This document shows, piece after piece, positions 11,001 to 19,384 of a stretch of DNA of 64,000 nucleotides (the stretch's first letter is position 1; every line of letters begins with the position of its first letter). The stretch spans positions 32,001 to 96,000 of the IMG/VR virus record IMGVR_UViG_3300032236_001503; one strand, written 5' to 3'. The notes beneath the pieces are model-generated. The model did not search any database. It saw only the letters and a list, made by a program, of their open reading frames with translations, and was not told the DNA's origin. The position numbers and the translations under genes were made by a program. This DNA is from a virus.

Positions 11001-14000
11001 ACATCCACAAACATTATGATTTTGTCCATAAATTGCAATATTTTGATTACCAGATAGATTTTGAGCAAGTGAATATATACCTATTGCGATATTTTGACAT
11101 GCTATATAATTTGCATTACAGATATTACCACCAAGCATACCTATATTACAATGATATCCATCAATACGCATTGATTCACTACCTGCACCAAGAGCCAATG
11201 TATTGTTTAGTGTAGCATTACCAGCAACACCTGAACCTATAAATGTGTTATTAGATCCATATTGTAATGCACCACCTGCTTGTTTACCAATAGCCACGTT
11301 GTTGTTTCCTGATATAGAATTAGCTAATGCACAATAACCACTGGCTGTATTATCACTGCCGCAAGTATTGCAATATAATGCTTGAACACCGTGAGCAATA
11401 TTTCTTGCACCACATGTATTAAGTGCCAATGAGTAATATCCTAAAGAAATATTAGATGAACCCGATACATTAGTATTTAAAGTACCAGCACCTATTCCGA
11501 TATTACCAGAACCGATTCCACCGACCGTTTGTGAAATAATAGCAACATTATTATTTCCTGTAGTTGTTGCATTGCCTCCTAATGCAACGTTGCCACAACC
11601 AGTGGTAATGGAGCCACCTGCTCCACAACCTATAGCAATGTTACTAGTACCAGTTGTAACGTTCTGTAATGCACCATAACCAATAGCATGATTAACACTT
11701 GCTGTACTGCTATTTCTTAATGCATTAAAACCTATTGCTACGTTATTTGAACCAGTTGTATTGCAACCTAAAGCCGCCCATCCAATAGCCTGATTATAAC
11801 TACCTGTACTATTACATTGAAGAGCACCAGAACCAATCGCCTGATTGTGATTTCCTGAAATGTTACATTGTAATGCTGAACCACCAAGTGCTTGGTTATT
11901 TGCGCCAGTTGTATTATATTGTAATGCTCCAGATCCAATTGCTTGGTTATTATTTCCGGTTGTATTTGATGCAAGAGCCGAATTGCCACCGATAGATGTA
12001 TTGGTAGTACAATTGTTTGCACCTGTTGATGTTACATATTGTGAACATAACATACCTCCAGTAGAAAGATTATTAACATATGTGGTATTTGCTGCACCTG
12101 CTGTTATATTAGATCCTAAAATAAATGTATTTGATTGATTATTTGTATTATTTGAACAACCACCAGCAATAAAAGTATAAATTCCCGAATTTGTATTTGT
12201 TCCAAAATTAGGATTTACGCAATTTCCTATTAATTTATATGGTTGACTAGAAAGTTTTGCAAATGTTGTGACATTGTATGTTGGGTTATTTGTTGCACTA
12301 TTAGAGTTTACATAACTATAAACTGAAGCATTATTAGCAGATTGAGATTGGAAACCACTACCTGAACTCCAACCACCACTTAATGAAAACACTTGAGAAT
12401 AAACTGATTTATCATTTGCTGATAGTGCTTGTAAGAACGAAATACTGTTCCAGTTTGCGGAATTAGAATTAACATTACTAAATACAGAAAGATTATTAGC
12501 TGATTGGGATTGTAAAGTTGTATACGCACTGTTATCTTTAATCCAATTAGCTGAATTAGAATTAACACTACTATAAACTGATGCATTATTAGCTGAATTA
12601 GAATTTACATTACTGAATACAGAAAGATTATTAGCTGAATTAGAATTTACATTACTGAATACAGAAAGATTATTAGCTGATTGGGATTGTAATGTTGTAT
12701 ATGCACTATTTCCACCATTCCAAGTAGCTACTTGTGAACCAACTACGGTTCCAGCATTACAAGCATATCCTGAATATGTAGCATTATCAGCATAACACGC
12801 ATGATATGAATTATAAGAATATCCCGAATTTGTAGCGCACCCAGCATTTGAAGCATATCCTGAATTGGTAGCATAATTTGCATTACCTGCATTTGAAGCA
12901 TATCCTGAACATGTAGCGCACCCAGCATAATTCGCATTACCTGCATTTGAAGCATATCCTGAATTAGTAGCACATGCAGCATTACAAGCATATCCTGCAT
13001 TTGTAGAATAATCCGCAGTACCATGTAAATTACCAACTACGGTTCCGCTTAACGAACCTAATACATTAGCTCTTAATGTATCGATAGTAAATGTTGGATC
13101 ACTATACATTAAATTTGGGTAATCTAATGGTTCTGTTGTTAAACCACTAAATAAACTCCAAACTCCACTTACAGCTGATCGAATCAAGCCAGTGTGTTGA
13201 TATCCTGATGTTCCGTTATCTAAATTACCGATAAAGTGACCAACAAGACCCATATCGTAGACATTTCCTTGTCCAGAAAGTGATTCAGCAATATAAAGTA
13301 TAGGTGAAGATACTTGAAATGTTGTTGTATTTAAAACAATCCCAGAACCAGCAACATATAAGTTACCAGTAATGTTTAAATCACCCGGCGTGGTTATCGA
13401 TGGAGTAAATCCAACTGTAACTACACCATTGTTTACCGATGTGTTAATTTGATTTGGTGTACCTTGGACTGATGTAACTGCCAAATATAATGAACTTAAA
13501 CTGCTTACATTATTATAGGTGTTATTCCAAATATCAGAGCTTAAACCACCAACAACTGTTTCATAAGCAAATTGCCAATCTGAACTTAATGCATTAGTTA
13601 GATTATAATTGGAAATCCAGTTAGCAGAATTGGATTGTAGTGTTGTATTTTCACCACCCATGTTCCAAATGGCTGAATTTGCAAAAACTGATGAATATAC
13701 ACTATCCCAATTTGAACTTAACGAATTAACCGTAATTGTTACATCATTCCATGAACCAAAATTACTAGTTACAAGATTATTTAATGTGTTAAAAAGGGAT
13801 AAATCGGTTTTTAAAAGTAAAGCACTTAATGTTGCATTAGAAATTGGTTTATTTAAATCACTAGTATTATCAACTTGATCTAACCCTAAGTCGGATTTCG
13901 TAATTGTTACATATCCACCTTTACCATTAACAGAAATAACACCTCCGCTTCCTATTACGTTAACGTTATTACTTGGTATATTCGTAGTTATTGTTACTTG

Positions 14001-14009
14001 TTGTTCCAT
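8013..14009 (-). CDS. Giant modular tail fibre/adhesin (1998 aa)
   Basis: N-terminal VISVNGKxG..TKSDLGLDQVDNTSDLNKPIS phage tail repeat; 14-aa NSANWxSVYS coiled repeats; six blocks of YadA-like NTTGxxNxAIGxxAL repeats each closed by a LxLGAGxExMRID connector; C-terminal C1q/TNF-like head (PGYYxVTYQI..YFNGxTDxV); about 70 Cys. Confidence 0.8.
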   Translation of the reverse strand: MEQQVTITTNIPSNNVNVIGSGGVISVNGKGGYVTITKSDLGLDQVDNTSDLNKPISNATLSALLLKTDLSLFNTLNNLVTSNFGSWNDVTITVNSLSSNWDSVYSSVFANSAIWNMGGENTTLQSNSANWISNYNLTNALSSDWQFAYETVVGGLSSDIWNNTYNNVSSLSSLYLAVTSVQGTPNQINTSVNNGVVTVGFTPSITTPGDLNITGNLYVAGSGIVLNTTTFQVSSPILYIAESLSGQGNVYDMGLVGHFIGNLDNGTSGYQHTGLIRSAVSGVWSLFSGLTTEPLDYPNLMYSDPTFTIDTLRANVLGSLSGTVVGNLHGTADYSTNAGYACNAACATNSGYASNAGNANYAGCATCSGYASNAGNANYATNSGYASNAGCATNSGYSYNSYHACYADNATYSGYACNAGTVVGSQVATWNGGNSAYTTLQSQSANNLSVFSNVNSNSANNLSVFSNVNSNSANNASVYSSVNSNSANWIKDNSAYTTLQSQSANNLSVFSNVNSNSANWNSISFLQALSANDKSVYSQVFSLSGGWSSGSGFQSQSANNASVYSYVNSNSATNNPTYNVTTFAKLSSQPYKLIGNCVNPNFGTNTNSGIYTFIAGGCSNNTNNQSNTFILGSNITAGAANTTYVNNLSTGGMLCSQYVTSTGANNCTTNTSIGGNSALASNTTGNNNQAIGSGALQYNTTGANNQALGGSALQCNISGNHNQAIGSGALQCNSTGSYNQAIGWAALGCNTTGSNNVAIGFNALRNSSTASVNHAIGYGALQNVTTGTSNIAIGCGAGGSITTGCGNVALGGNATTTGNNNVAIISQTVGGIGSGNIGIGAGTLNTNVSGSSNISLGYYSLALNTCGARNIAHGVQALYCNTCGSDNTASGYCALANSISGNNNVAIGKQAGGALQYGSNNTFIGSGVAGNATLNNTLALGAGSESMRIDGYHCNIGMLGGNICNANYIACQNIAIGIYSLAQNLSGNQNIAIYGQNHNVCGCSNISMGTNSLYATTCGSNNVSIGAGSLFAAVSGCYNTAIGNGSGGSLQYGCCNTFLGTGIIGNTCLNNTLILGAGSEKMRIDCCNNVSHGGSNLLNNTTGNCNFAFGGNSLLGNTTGSQNIALGQASLQCNSTGGNNIAIGNSALCCNTTSSDNIALGQSTLRNNTIGTCNQAIGINSLLTNACGCYNTAIGACSMQSNTCGCFNVAIGQLSLYSNLSGCCNVAIGNNAGSNSQCGCYNTFLGAGAGTSYNNVSCLLSINAGYQRLQIDSSNNVALGGAAMGYNCGSNNFSVGSNNLQSMTTGSGNVALGSFINGGGCGSSNFGMGSFTLQSNTSGSNNFAFGYVTMRNNTCGNDNVAFGGYSMNSNTCGCQNVAIGIQTLQGAISGCNNTAIGTNAGGSFYCGCSNTFLGSGANGNSCLNNTLILGAGGVEKMRVDCCYNVAIGNQVGRGAICNITGNSNIGIGVNSIPPNVTGSNNIGLGVNLYGGSTSSAYQNIAIGTSMLGSVTTAGMNIAIGTNSLYRNIVGSCNIAFGYQTLYNNTSGGHNFAVGYRSLNNNLSGNHNIGLGYGAIGVLTTGCANISIGCGSGANIINGCSNTILGASVSPNTDVCNSLILGAGGEKIRVDNCVNIGIGCNNLSSCYGVSNGNIAIGSGNINGYLANTTGCQNIAIGCLNIPGTVSGGYNIALGRGNLYGLTSGNNNISLGYSSQPVTTTGTNNFSMGYQAMQVNTCGSSNISFGCRTMYASVSGCGNTVLGAGSLGNSIGGCNNVVLGINSGANIVYGSNNTILGTGLAAGSDVSNTVIIGAGAERMRILNNGNVGIATSTPNTTLTVNGSISATGNLSTNTNYTATAYVSANINSSANLDYWLPLTVKNDPNGWVSNLGTYPALSGVITPKIPGYYMVTYQIAWGSTTGTGQNNSQIRLNGSNTKSLVQMPLYTGTGASQSQTSTAILYFNGTTDSVNFSGYSSVSGQQIIGTSDGNWTKVEIYKIN
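12585..12680. repeat. Exact 42-bp tandem repeat (2.3 copies) encoding SANNLSVFSNVNSN
   Basis: attattagctgaattagaatttacattactgaatacagaaag x2 plus partial; a degenerate copy lies near 12460-12520. Confidence 0.85.
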
Positions 14010-14014
14010 TTTAT

Positions 14015-14350
14015 TTAAATAAGTTTGATGATTGGCAATGTTCCAGCAGCAAATGTATCAATTTCACCTGATGATAAAGTTACAGTTACTACCCATGTAT
14101 AATTAGCAGGTGGAACGTCTATAACTGTTGGTGTAACTTGTAATACACCAGCTGAAGCAGGTTGGAGTATAGTGACACCACCCTGAATGGTATCAAAATA
14201 TATCATTGTTGGTGCATCAAGTTGAGTTTTTGCCCTAAAATCGGCAAAAGCACCTGTGAGGTCTACAGCAGAGCCGTCTCTTGCTATAGTTACAGTAAGA
14301 CCTTCCCAAGTATCACCAGCAATATATTGAGCTAAATTGAATAATTCCAT
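14015..14350 (-). CDS. Small Ig-like virion/fibre attachment protein (BppU N-terminal-like)
   Basis: GDTxxxxTVTxxxDGxxVDLTG motif; directly upstream of the giant fibre; late box upstream. Confidence 0.6.
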   Translation of the reverse strand: MELFNLAQYIAGDTWEGLTVTIARDGSAVDLTGAFADFRAKTQLDAPTMIYFDTIQGGVTILQPASAGVLQVTPTVIDVPPANYTWVVTVTLSSGEIDTFAAGTLPIIKLI

Positions 14351-14356
14351 TCATAA

Positions 14357-14362
14357 TATTTA
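14357..14362 (-). promoter_or_regulatory. Late promoter core TAAATA
   Basis: 6 nt before ATG 14350. Confidence 0.6.
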
Positions 14363-14372
14363 CTCTTTAATA

Positions 14373-14639
14373 TTAAAGTTTGGAAAAATCTATCTTATCA
14401 CCTATGCTTTTCTTGATTTCTTCTACGTCGAGCACCTTTCTAACGCAATTGCAGATTTGATAACTTAAAGTTTGATTATCTCTACCAATGTGACCTTTAC
14501 CAAAGCATTTTTTGCAATTTGAAGCTGGGTATTTTAGTAATGGGAGTTGTCCCATGTCTAAAAGTGAAAAATCCTTCTCAGGAATACTATAGAATGTCCC
14601 AGAAAAGGCACTGAATATGATTTTAGTCGTTGTTTCCAT
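14373..14639 (-). CDS. Hypothetical Zn-finger protein
   Basis: CKKCFGKG...CNC, DnaJ-like CxxCxGxG. Confidence 0.6.
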   Translation of the reverse strand: METTTKIIFSAFSGTFYSIPEKDFSLLDMGQLPLLKYPASNCKKCFGKGHIGRDNQTLSYQICNCVRKVLDVEEIKKSIGDKIDFSKL

Positions 14640-14994
14640 ATTTAATAGTTGAAATTGTAAGGATAGTATCCCAAAATTTGTTTCCTGCGACCTTTGTTGG
14701 ATAAATCATCAAATTATTTTCTATTTCAGGTGCATGTTTTGATAATGTTTTGATTCGGTAATCAAAATATACCAAATCATCTTCTTCATGGAGTTCTACA
14801 TCAAACGGAATTGGTATTTCTATCTTTTCCTTTGCTTTTTTAGCTGTATCCATTATGAATGTAAGATAAAAATTCTTTTGATAGAAAAGAATTAACTTTC
14901 CTTGTTTGTGTTGCTTTTTTCCAAGTTCTAATGTGATGTTTTTTTGTAATAAAAACTTGCAAACTTCTTCTAATTTTGTTCCGTATATAGTCAT
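14623..14994 (-). CDS. Hypothetical protein
   Basis: 123 aa ORF tightly packed in the operon. Confidence 0.6.
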   Translation of the reverse strand: MTIYGTKLEEVCKFLLQKNITLELGKKQHKQGKLILFYQKNFYLTFIMDTAKKAKEKIEIPIPFDVELHEEDDLVYFDYRIKTLSKHAPEIENNLMIYPTKVAGNKFWDTILTISTIKYGNND

Positions 14995-15375
14995 TTATTT
15001 TTTCATGAATTGCTCTTTCTGTTTAGCACTCATTGGTCTTATAATCTTATCAAAATACAATAAAAACTGCTTAAATGGTTTGGTTGGTACTACTGATACA
15101 ACTTCAACCGATTCCGTTGGAACATTTCGCCAATCTTGCAATAATATATCCCATAATGTGCAAAGATTTTTAGCCTTTGCATTATATGGTGGTCTACCAG
15201 TTGGTTTTCTATAATTTAAAATTTCTTTTCCGAAAACCGACTTAAACAAACTTTGATCGTTTGTACAAAGCATTCGTCTAGTGTTGGGATTTACACGCTT
15301 ATTCCTTCTAACAAATCTTAATTCAACAAGATTGCTAGAACAAAGAGCATATAAACCTTCAACACTAATTGCCAT
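14995..15375 (-). CDS. SH3/Sm-like fold protein (WYL_2/DUF2693-like)
   Basis: VELRFVRR..RRMLCT...LWDI...WRNV pattern typical of the T4-like family. Confidence 0.55.
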   Translation of the reverse strand: MAISVEGLYALCSSNLVELRFVRRNKRVNPNTRRMLCTNDQSLFKSVFGKEILNYRKPTGRPPYNAKAKNLCTLWDILLQDWRNVPTESVEVVSVVPTKPFKQFLLYFDKIIRPMSAKQKEQFMKK

Positions 15376-15794
15376 TACTTTTTAATCTTAGTTTTATTTG
15401 TTTGAGAATCTGTTTTTGGTTCACATACACCAAAAATTCTGGATTCATTTAAGAAAACAATATGTTTAAGGTTATTAAAGTTTTGAACCGTAATGCCCTT
15501 GTCGGAAGGGTGAACAATAATGTCTCCTTCTTTAACGGTTTTACAATCCGGACCCGCTAAAAGCACTTTGGCTAATCTCCATGTGAAATTAACCGTATTA
15601 ATTGGAACCCAAATACTACCTCTTTTGATTTCTGTACCATCTTCGTTTACGTCAATATATTGACACATTAAAATGTCATCTAACACCTTGGTTAAATTCC
15701 ATCCATCTAGGTTGAATTCGTTTCCGATGTAATTGTCTAACTGAACTTTTCCACCAATTAGATCTTCTTGTTTGGGTCTTGGTATAATTGCCAT
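15375..15794 (-). CDS. groES: GroES-like co-chaperonin (T4 gp31 analogue)
   Basis: KVLDDIL..GSIWVP..AKVLLAGP..VKEGDIIV..FLNESRIFGV fits Cpn10. Confidence 0.8.
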   Translation of the reverse strand: MAIIPRPKQEDLIGGKVQLDNYIGNEFNLDGWNLTKVLDDILMCQYIDVNEDGTEIKRGSIWVPINTVNFTWRLAKVLLAGPDCKTVKEGDIIVHPSDKGITVQNFNNLKHIVFLNESRIFGVCEPKTDSQTNKTKIKK

Positions 15795-15804
15795 ATATGT
15801 GTTT

Positions 15805-16182
15805 TTATTTAGGTGTTAGATTTAATTCTTCAAGTGTTTTTTGGTATTCTTCAATCTCTTTTCTGGATAACTCCATTAAATTAGAATAAAATTCAATATT
15901 TTCATTCATTTCTTCATCCTCTTTGGGTGATTTTTTAATGTAATTTATCTTTCTTGCAAATTTAGGAATCAATGTCCTGTAAATTTTACTATTAGTTTCA
16001 TCATCAAAACTAAATTGACAATTATTCCATCTATTTGATGTAGAATTAACAATCTGTGCAATTGGTTTACTTGCCATTGACAACCATCTATTACTTAGAA
16101 ATCCTACATTTTTAGGAATCTCTGGTTTACTTGAACTGGATTTTAAAATCCATTGCAAATATGGGAAAAATATATTCTTCAT
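15805..16182 (-). CDS. Probable clamp-loader small subunit (gp62-like)
   Basis: FLxNRWLS...N..N...YxxLIPK...YIKK...SRKEIEEY pattern and size resemble gp62. Confidence 0.6.
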   Translation of the reverse strand: MKNIFFPYLQWILKSSSSKPEIPKNVGFLSNRWLSMASKPIAQIVNSTSNRWNNCQFSFDDETNSKIYRTLIPKFARKINYIKKSPKEDEEMNENIEFYSNLMELSRKEIEEYQKTLEELNLTPK

Positions 16183-16871
16183 CTTTTTAATGGACTATTA
16201 ATACCATAAAAATTATTAAATGCAATTGAACTTGTCTGCCAATCTTGCGTATTCATAGAATCACCAAGACCAAAATGAATAACCCTGATAGGAGTAACAC
16301 CCATTTTTAATTTATGATAATTAGCATTTAAGCAAAAGGTAATATCGTAATGATGAAAATTAAAATTCTCATCGAATTTCAAAGGTGTTTGTAAAACCTT
16401 TTCCATATTAACTGCTAGGAAAAGTCCATCCATTACTAATGCACGAGATTCAGATTTACCAAAAACAGTTGTCCATACGTTTTTCTGGTGACAATGACCA
16501 ACTTCACCTACATGATCTTGTCTATCACTCATTAAATGCCAAGCAGGTGGCTTTGTGATATCACATTTCTTAGATCCAGCTAAACCAACAATATCGTATT
16601 TTTCAAATGCGAGATTAAGTTTTTCTTCCCAAAACAAATCTTCAATTAAAACATCATCATGAACAAAAATAATTCTTTTTAATTTGTTTTTTTCAATAAA
16701 AAATTGATTGTATATCTTAGGCAAACCTTCTTTATTTTCAAAAAACACTGTACAGTTATTTCTATAACCAGCTTTCTCTAAGAAAATAGCAATTTGAGAT
16801 TTTTCCCAGAAATCTTCTTCGTTTAACTGGGTTGCAATAACAAAATGATAATTACTTGGTAGATTTGACAT
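16179..16871 (-). CDS. Glycosyltransferase family 2-like (Glyco_tranf_2_5)
   Basis: YN..FVHDDV, GLAG, DGLFLA, FDExFxFHHYD motifs. Confidence 0.8.
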   Translation of the reverse strand: MSNLPSNYHFVIATQLNEEDFWEKSQIAIFLEKAGYRNNCTVFFENKEGLPKIYNQFFIEKNKLKRIIFVHDDVLIEDLFWEEKLNLAFEKYDIVGLAGSKKCDITKPPAWHLMSDRQDHVGEVGHCHQKNVWTTVFGKSESRALVMDGLFLAVNMEKVLQTPLKFDENFNFHHYDITFCLNANYHKLKMGVTPIRVIHFGLGDSMNTQDWQTSSIAFNNFYGINSPLKR

Positions 16872-16880
16872 AAAACAGGA

Positions 16881-16896
16881 TAAATAGTTGTAATTA
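16881..16896 (+). promoter_or_regulatory. Late promoter boxes TAAATA and TAATTA
   Basis: Second box ends 5 nt before ATG 16902. Confidence 0.5.
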
Positions 16897-16901
16897 TAAT
16901 A

Positions 16902-17543
16902 ATGAATACTAACAAGAAAGTCAAGAAGTTAAAACCTTTAAAGGCAGTAAAGAAAACTGGCATTAAAAGTACTATCCCTAAACCATGTTGCTGCGAAAAG
17001 AAGGCTGGTGAGATTATTCAAGCTAGAAATATGAAGGGTGATGTTAAATTTAACAAATTAGAAGAAGCAGCTGACTATCTTTTTGCTAAAAGCTTTTTAG
17101 TTGCATTATTAAAGGAACAAGAAGAAGTTCAAGAGTTGCCACCTGCACCGACAGAAGAAGCTTCTCCTGAAGATTTTACCCCTGAAAAAAATCAAGCTGA
17201 TTTTGAAAACTCCTTAGAACCAGAAACTGATGGTTCACAATTTGATGTTGAAGGTATTTCTCCCGATGTAACAATGGAAACCATTAAAAAGGTTAAAGAG
17301 TGGGCGATTAAACTTAATGAGTTTGAAAAGTTTTTAAATAACCCTTCCGATGATTCACTTCACCGCATTTTATCCGATAACGATAGAGCAGGAAGTCTAT
17401 TAAGAGGTATTACTCGTAAGGCTTCTGATTCAATTACTCGTATTGCTGGTGAAATCGCCAAACTTAAGGAAGTTCTTAACACATTCGTTAATACTGCCCC
17501 TAAAAAGATTCGTGATCTTGAACAAAATAACGTTGCTCAGTAA
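16902..17543 (+). CDS. Hypothetical late protein, basic N-terminus then acidic region
   Basis: 213 aa ORF; contains ALLKE motif. Confidence 0.65.
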   Translation: MNTNKKVKKLKPLKAVKKTGIKSTIPKPCCCEKKAGEIIQARNMKGDVKFNKLEEAADYLFAKSFLVALLKEQEEVQELPPAPTEEASPEDFTPEKNQADFENSLEPETDGSQFDVEGISPDVTMETIKKVKEWAIKLNEFEKFLNNPSDDSLHRILSDNDRAGSLLRGITRKASDSITRIAGEIAKLKEVLNTFVNTAPKKIRDLEQNNVAQ

Positions 17544-17887
17544 TGAACGATAAAGATTCTAGATTATTACAAGAAGCATATGATAGTATCTTAAATAATG
17601 ATACTAGTAATGTTTATGTTATAAACGGAATTGAAACTCATTACGATCCAGAGATTGACGAGGAAGAAGATAATAGAAAAATTTGGCATTTCTTTAGAGA
17701 TAAAGAAGGTAAAGAAGTAGCAGATATGGATTGGAGTCCTTATAGTCACCCAAGTCCAGACGTAATTAGATTTTGGATTAAATTGGGATGTCCAAGTAGA
17801 TCAGATATTAGAAATTCTGGCGCAGGACATGGTACAGGACCAATTGATCTTAAAGATTTGCAAAATTACGCAAAATCCAAAATTTAA
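17543..17887 (+). CDS. Hypothetical, possible internal head protein
   Basis: Starts MNDKDSRLLQEAY; TAATG-coupled. Confidence 0.6.
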   Translation: MNDKDSRLLQEAYDSILNNDTSNVYVINGIETHYDPEIDEEEDNRKIWHFFRDKEGKEVADMDWSPYSHPSPDVIRFWIKLGCPSRSDIRNSGAGHGTGPIDLKDLQNYAKSKI

Positions 17888-18852
17888 CTATAACAGTTAT
17901 CTAGTATTCCTTGATAAGGGATTTCATCAAGGTCTTCAAAAAGACACCATTCATTAAAATCTTTATATCCTTTACCAATTCCCCAATTAAAGACCTTCTC
18001 GCCTTTAACTAACAATTCTTTAACCTTATCCTTTGCTGTTTCATCATGTTGAGGATTATCCAAAACCCAAATTCTTTGATGAAATGGGAATTCAGCAAGT
18101 TGAATTGATTGAGTTTTGGTTAAAGATATACCAGCAACACCGACTCCATTTTTAACAAACATTGAATCGATAGGTCCCTCAAACAAAAAGATATAAGGGA
18201 TATCCGAATTAACCCTATCTATACCGAATACTGTCTTTTCATATCCTGCTTTACCTAGATATCTTGGCTCCGTCTTATCCAATGCTCTAGTTTGATAAAA
18301 AACTACTTTTTTATTTCTATCGTAGAATGGAATACATAGTCTGTTAGCATGAATATTATCCGTTAAACTTATAAAAAGATTTGGGGATTTGTTTATGGCA
18401 GTATCCAATCTTCTATCCTTTGCATATTGTAATGCTTTTTGAAATTCTTTACTCTTTTGATAATATTGTTGCTGAACTTGATCGTATATATTAATAGAGT
18501 CGTAAGGTAGATCGGGTATATCCTTTCTCTTAAATGTTACTGTTCCGGTTTCTTTCTTGAACACATCTAGTGAAATATCATTAGTTGACAATTCAACCTG
18601 AATATCTTCATATGACATACCAGTTGTCTTTTTTATCCAATTAAGTGCAGACCATGTTTGATTACAATTAAAACAATGAAATGTATTTGAGTGTGGATAA
18701 TACCAAAGTCTTTTTTTCTTGCCGAGACTTTTGCCTTCCTTGCATATAGGGCAAGCTGCATTGTATTGACCAGTATGTTTTTTAAACTCTGGTTCAATAG
18801 CATAACTCATGAACTTATTCATGACATAACTTTCAGGAAGACGGTACTTCAT
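17884..18852 (-). CDS. gp61: DNA primase (T4 gp61-like)
   Basis: Zn ribbon CPIC...HCFNC; TOPRIM EGPIDSMF, LDN, KDFNE. Confidence 0.92.
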   Translation of the reverse strand: MKYRLPESYVMNKFMSYAIEPEFKKHTGQYNAACPICKEGKSLGKKKRLWYYPHSNTFHCFNCNQTWSALNWIKKTTGMSYEDIQVELSTNDISLDVFKKETGTVTFKRKDIPDLPYDSINIYDQVQQQYYQKSKEFQKALQYAKDRRLDTAINKSPNLFISLTDNIHANRLCIPFYDRNKKVVFYQTRALDKTEPRYLGKAGYEKTVFGIDRVNSDIPYIFLFEGPIDSMFVKNGVGVAGISLTKTQSIQLAEFPFHQRIWVLDNPQHDETAKDKVKELLVKGEKVFNWGIGKGYKDFNEWCLFEDLDEIPYQGILDNCYS

Positions 18853-18858
18853 CCTCCT

Positions 18859-18886
18859 ATGGTAACAGTTATTTTAACACTGTCAA
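18859..18886 (-). promoter_or_regulatory. Sigma70-like promoter TTGACA-N16-TACCAT with TGn extension
   Basis: -10 ends 6 nt before primase ATG. Confidence 0.65.
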
Positions 18887-18890
18887 CAAA

Positions 18891-19376
18891 TTAAAATTCG
18901 TCTTCTTCATCTTCCTCTTCTGGAAGATCGGTATACTGCTCTCTTTCTTTTGGTTCATGATCAAACCACTCGCCAGTTTCCTTTGAAACTGGTTCTTTAT
19001 TCTCAACCGACTCGTGTTCTTTGCTTTCTTCGTCTTCTGATTCAACATCATCATTGGTATAATCACCAAGAGGTGATTCATCATGGTTTTTCAACCAATC
19101 ATAGAAAATTGTTGCATATCCATCAGCAATTTCACCTTTTTTAAGTTGTTTGAAAATTAAAGAGATTGCATTCTTGAATGTTTTAGGTGTATAAAAATCC
19201 TTTTCTTTTAACTTTGATACAATTGATCTAAAATGACCTTTATGTTCATCTTCAGCATCTAAATCTTCTACTAATTTCTTAACAGAATCAAGATCAAACT
19301 TAAATTTTTTAAGTTCATCCTTTTTTCTGCCTTCATTTAAGAGACTTTCTACTAAAACATCATATTTTCTAAACAT
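18891..19376 (-). CDS. Hypothetical late protein with acidic tail, possible internal head protein
   Basis: Starts MFRKYDVLVESLLNE; TAAGTA box at 19382-19387. Confidence 0.65.
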   Translation of the reverse strand: MFRKYDVLVESLLNEGRKKDELKKFKFDLDSVKKLVEDLDAEDEHKGHFRSIVSKLKEKDFYTPKTFKNAISLIFKQLKKGEIADGYATIFYDWLKNHDESPLGDYTNDDVESEDEESKEHESVENKEPVSKETGEWFDHEPKEREQYTDLPEEEDEEDEF

Positions 19377-19384
19377 ATTACTAC

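Noticed and set aside
3379-12680. 36-bp and 42-bp direct repeats as a CRISPR array
   Set aside because: They are contiguous with no spacers, are multiples of 3 and lie inside ORFs; no cas genes.
1336-14009. Cys excess as codon reassignment (TGY read as another residue)
   Set aside because: Both TGT and TGC are used, and Cys occupies canonical positions elsewhere (primase CPIC/CFNC, gp46 CPTC, lipobox Cys). The enrichment is domain-specific.
1336-14009. Diversity-generating retroelement acting on the fibres
   Set aside because: No reverse transcriptase and no non-coding template repeat differing only at adenines is visible; the repeats are in-frame coding duplications.
18853-18858. AGGAGG before the primase ATG as a Shine-Dalgarno
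   Set aside because: It has zero spacing to the ATG and lies between the -10 box and the expected TSS, so it is probably not in the mRNA.
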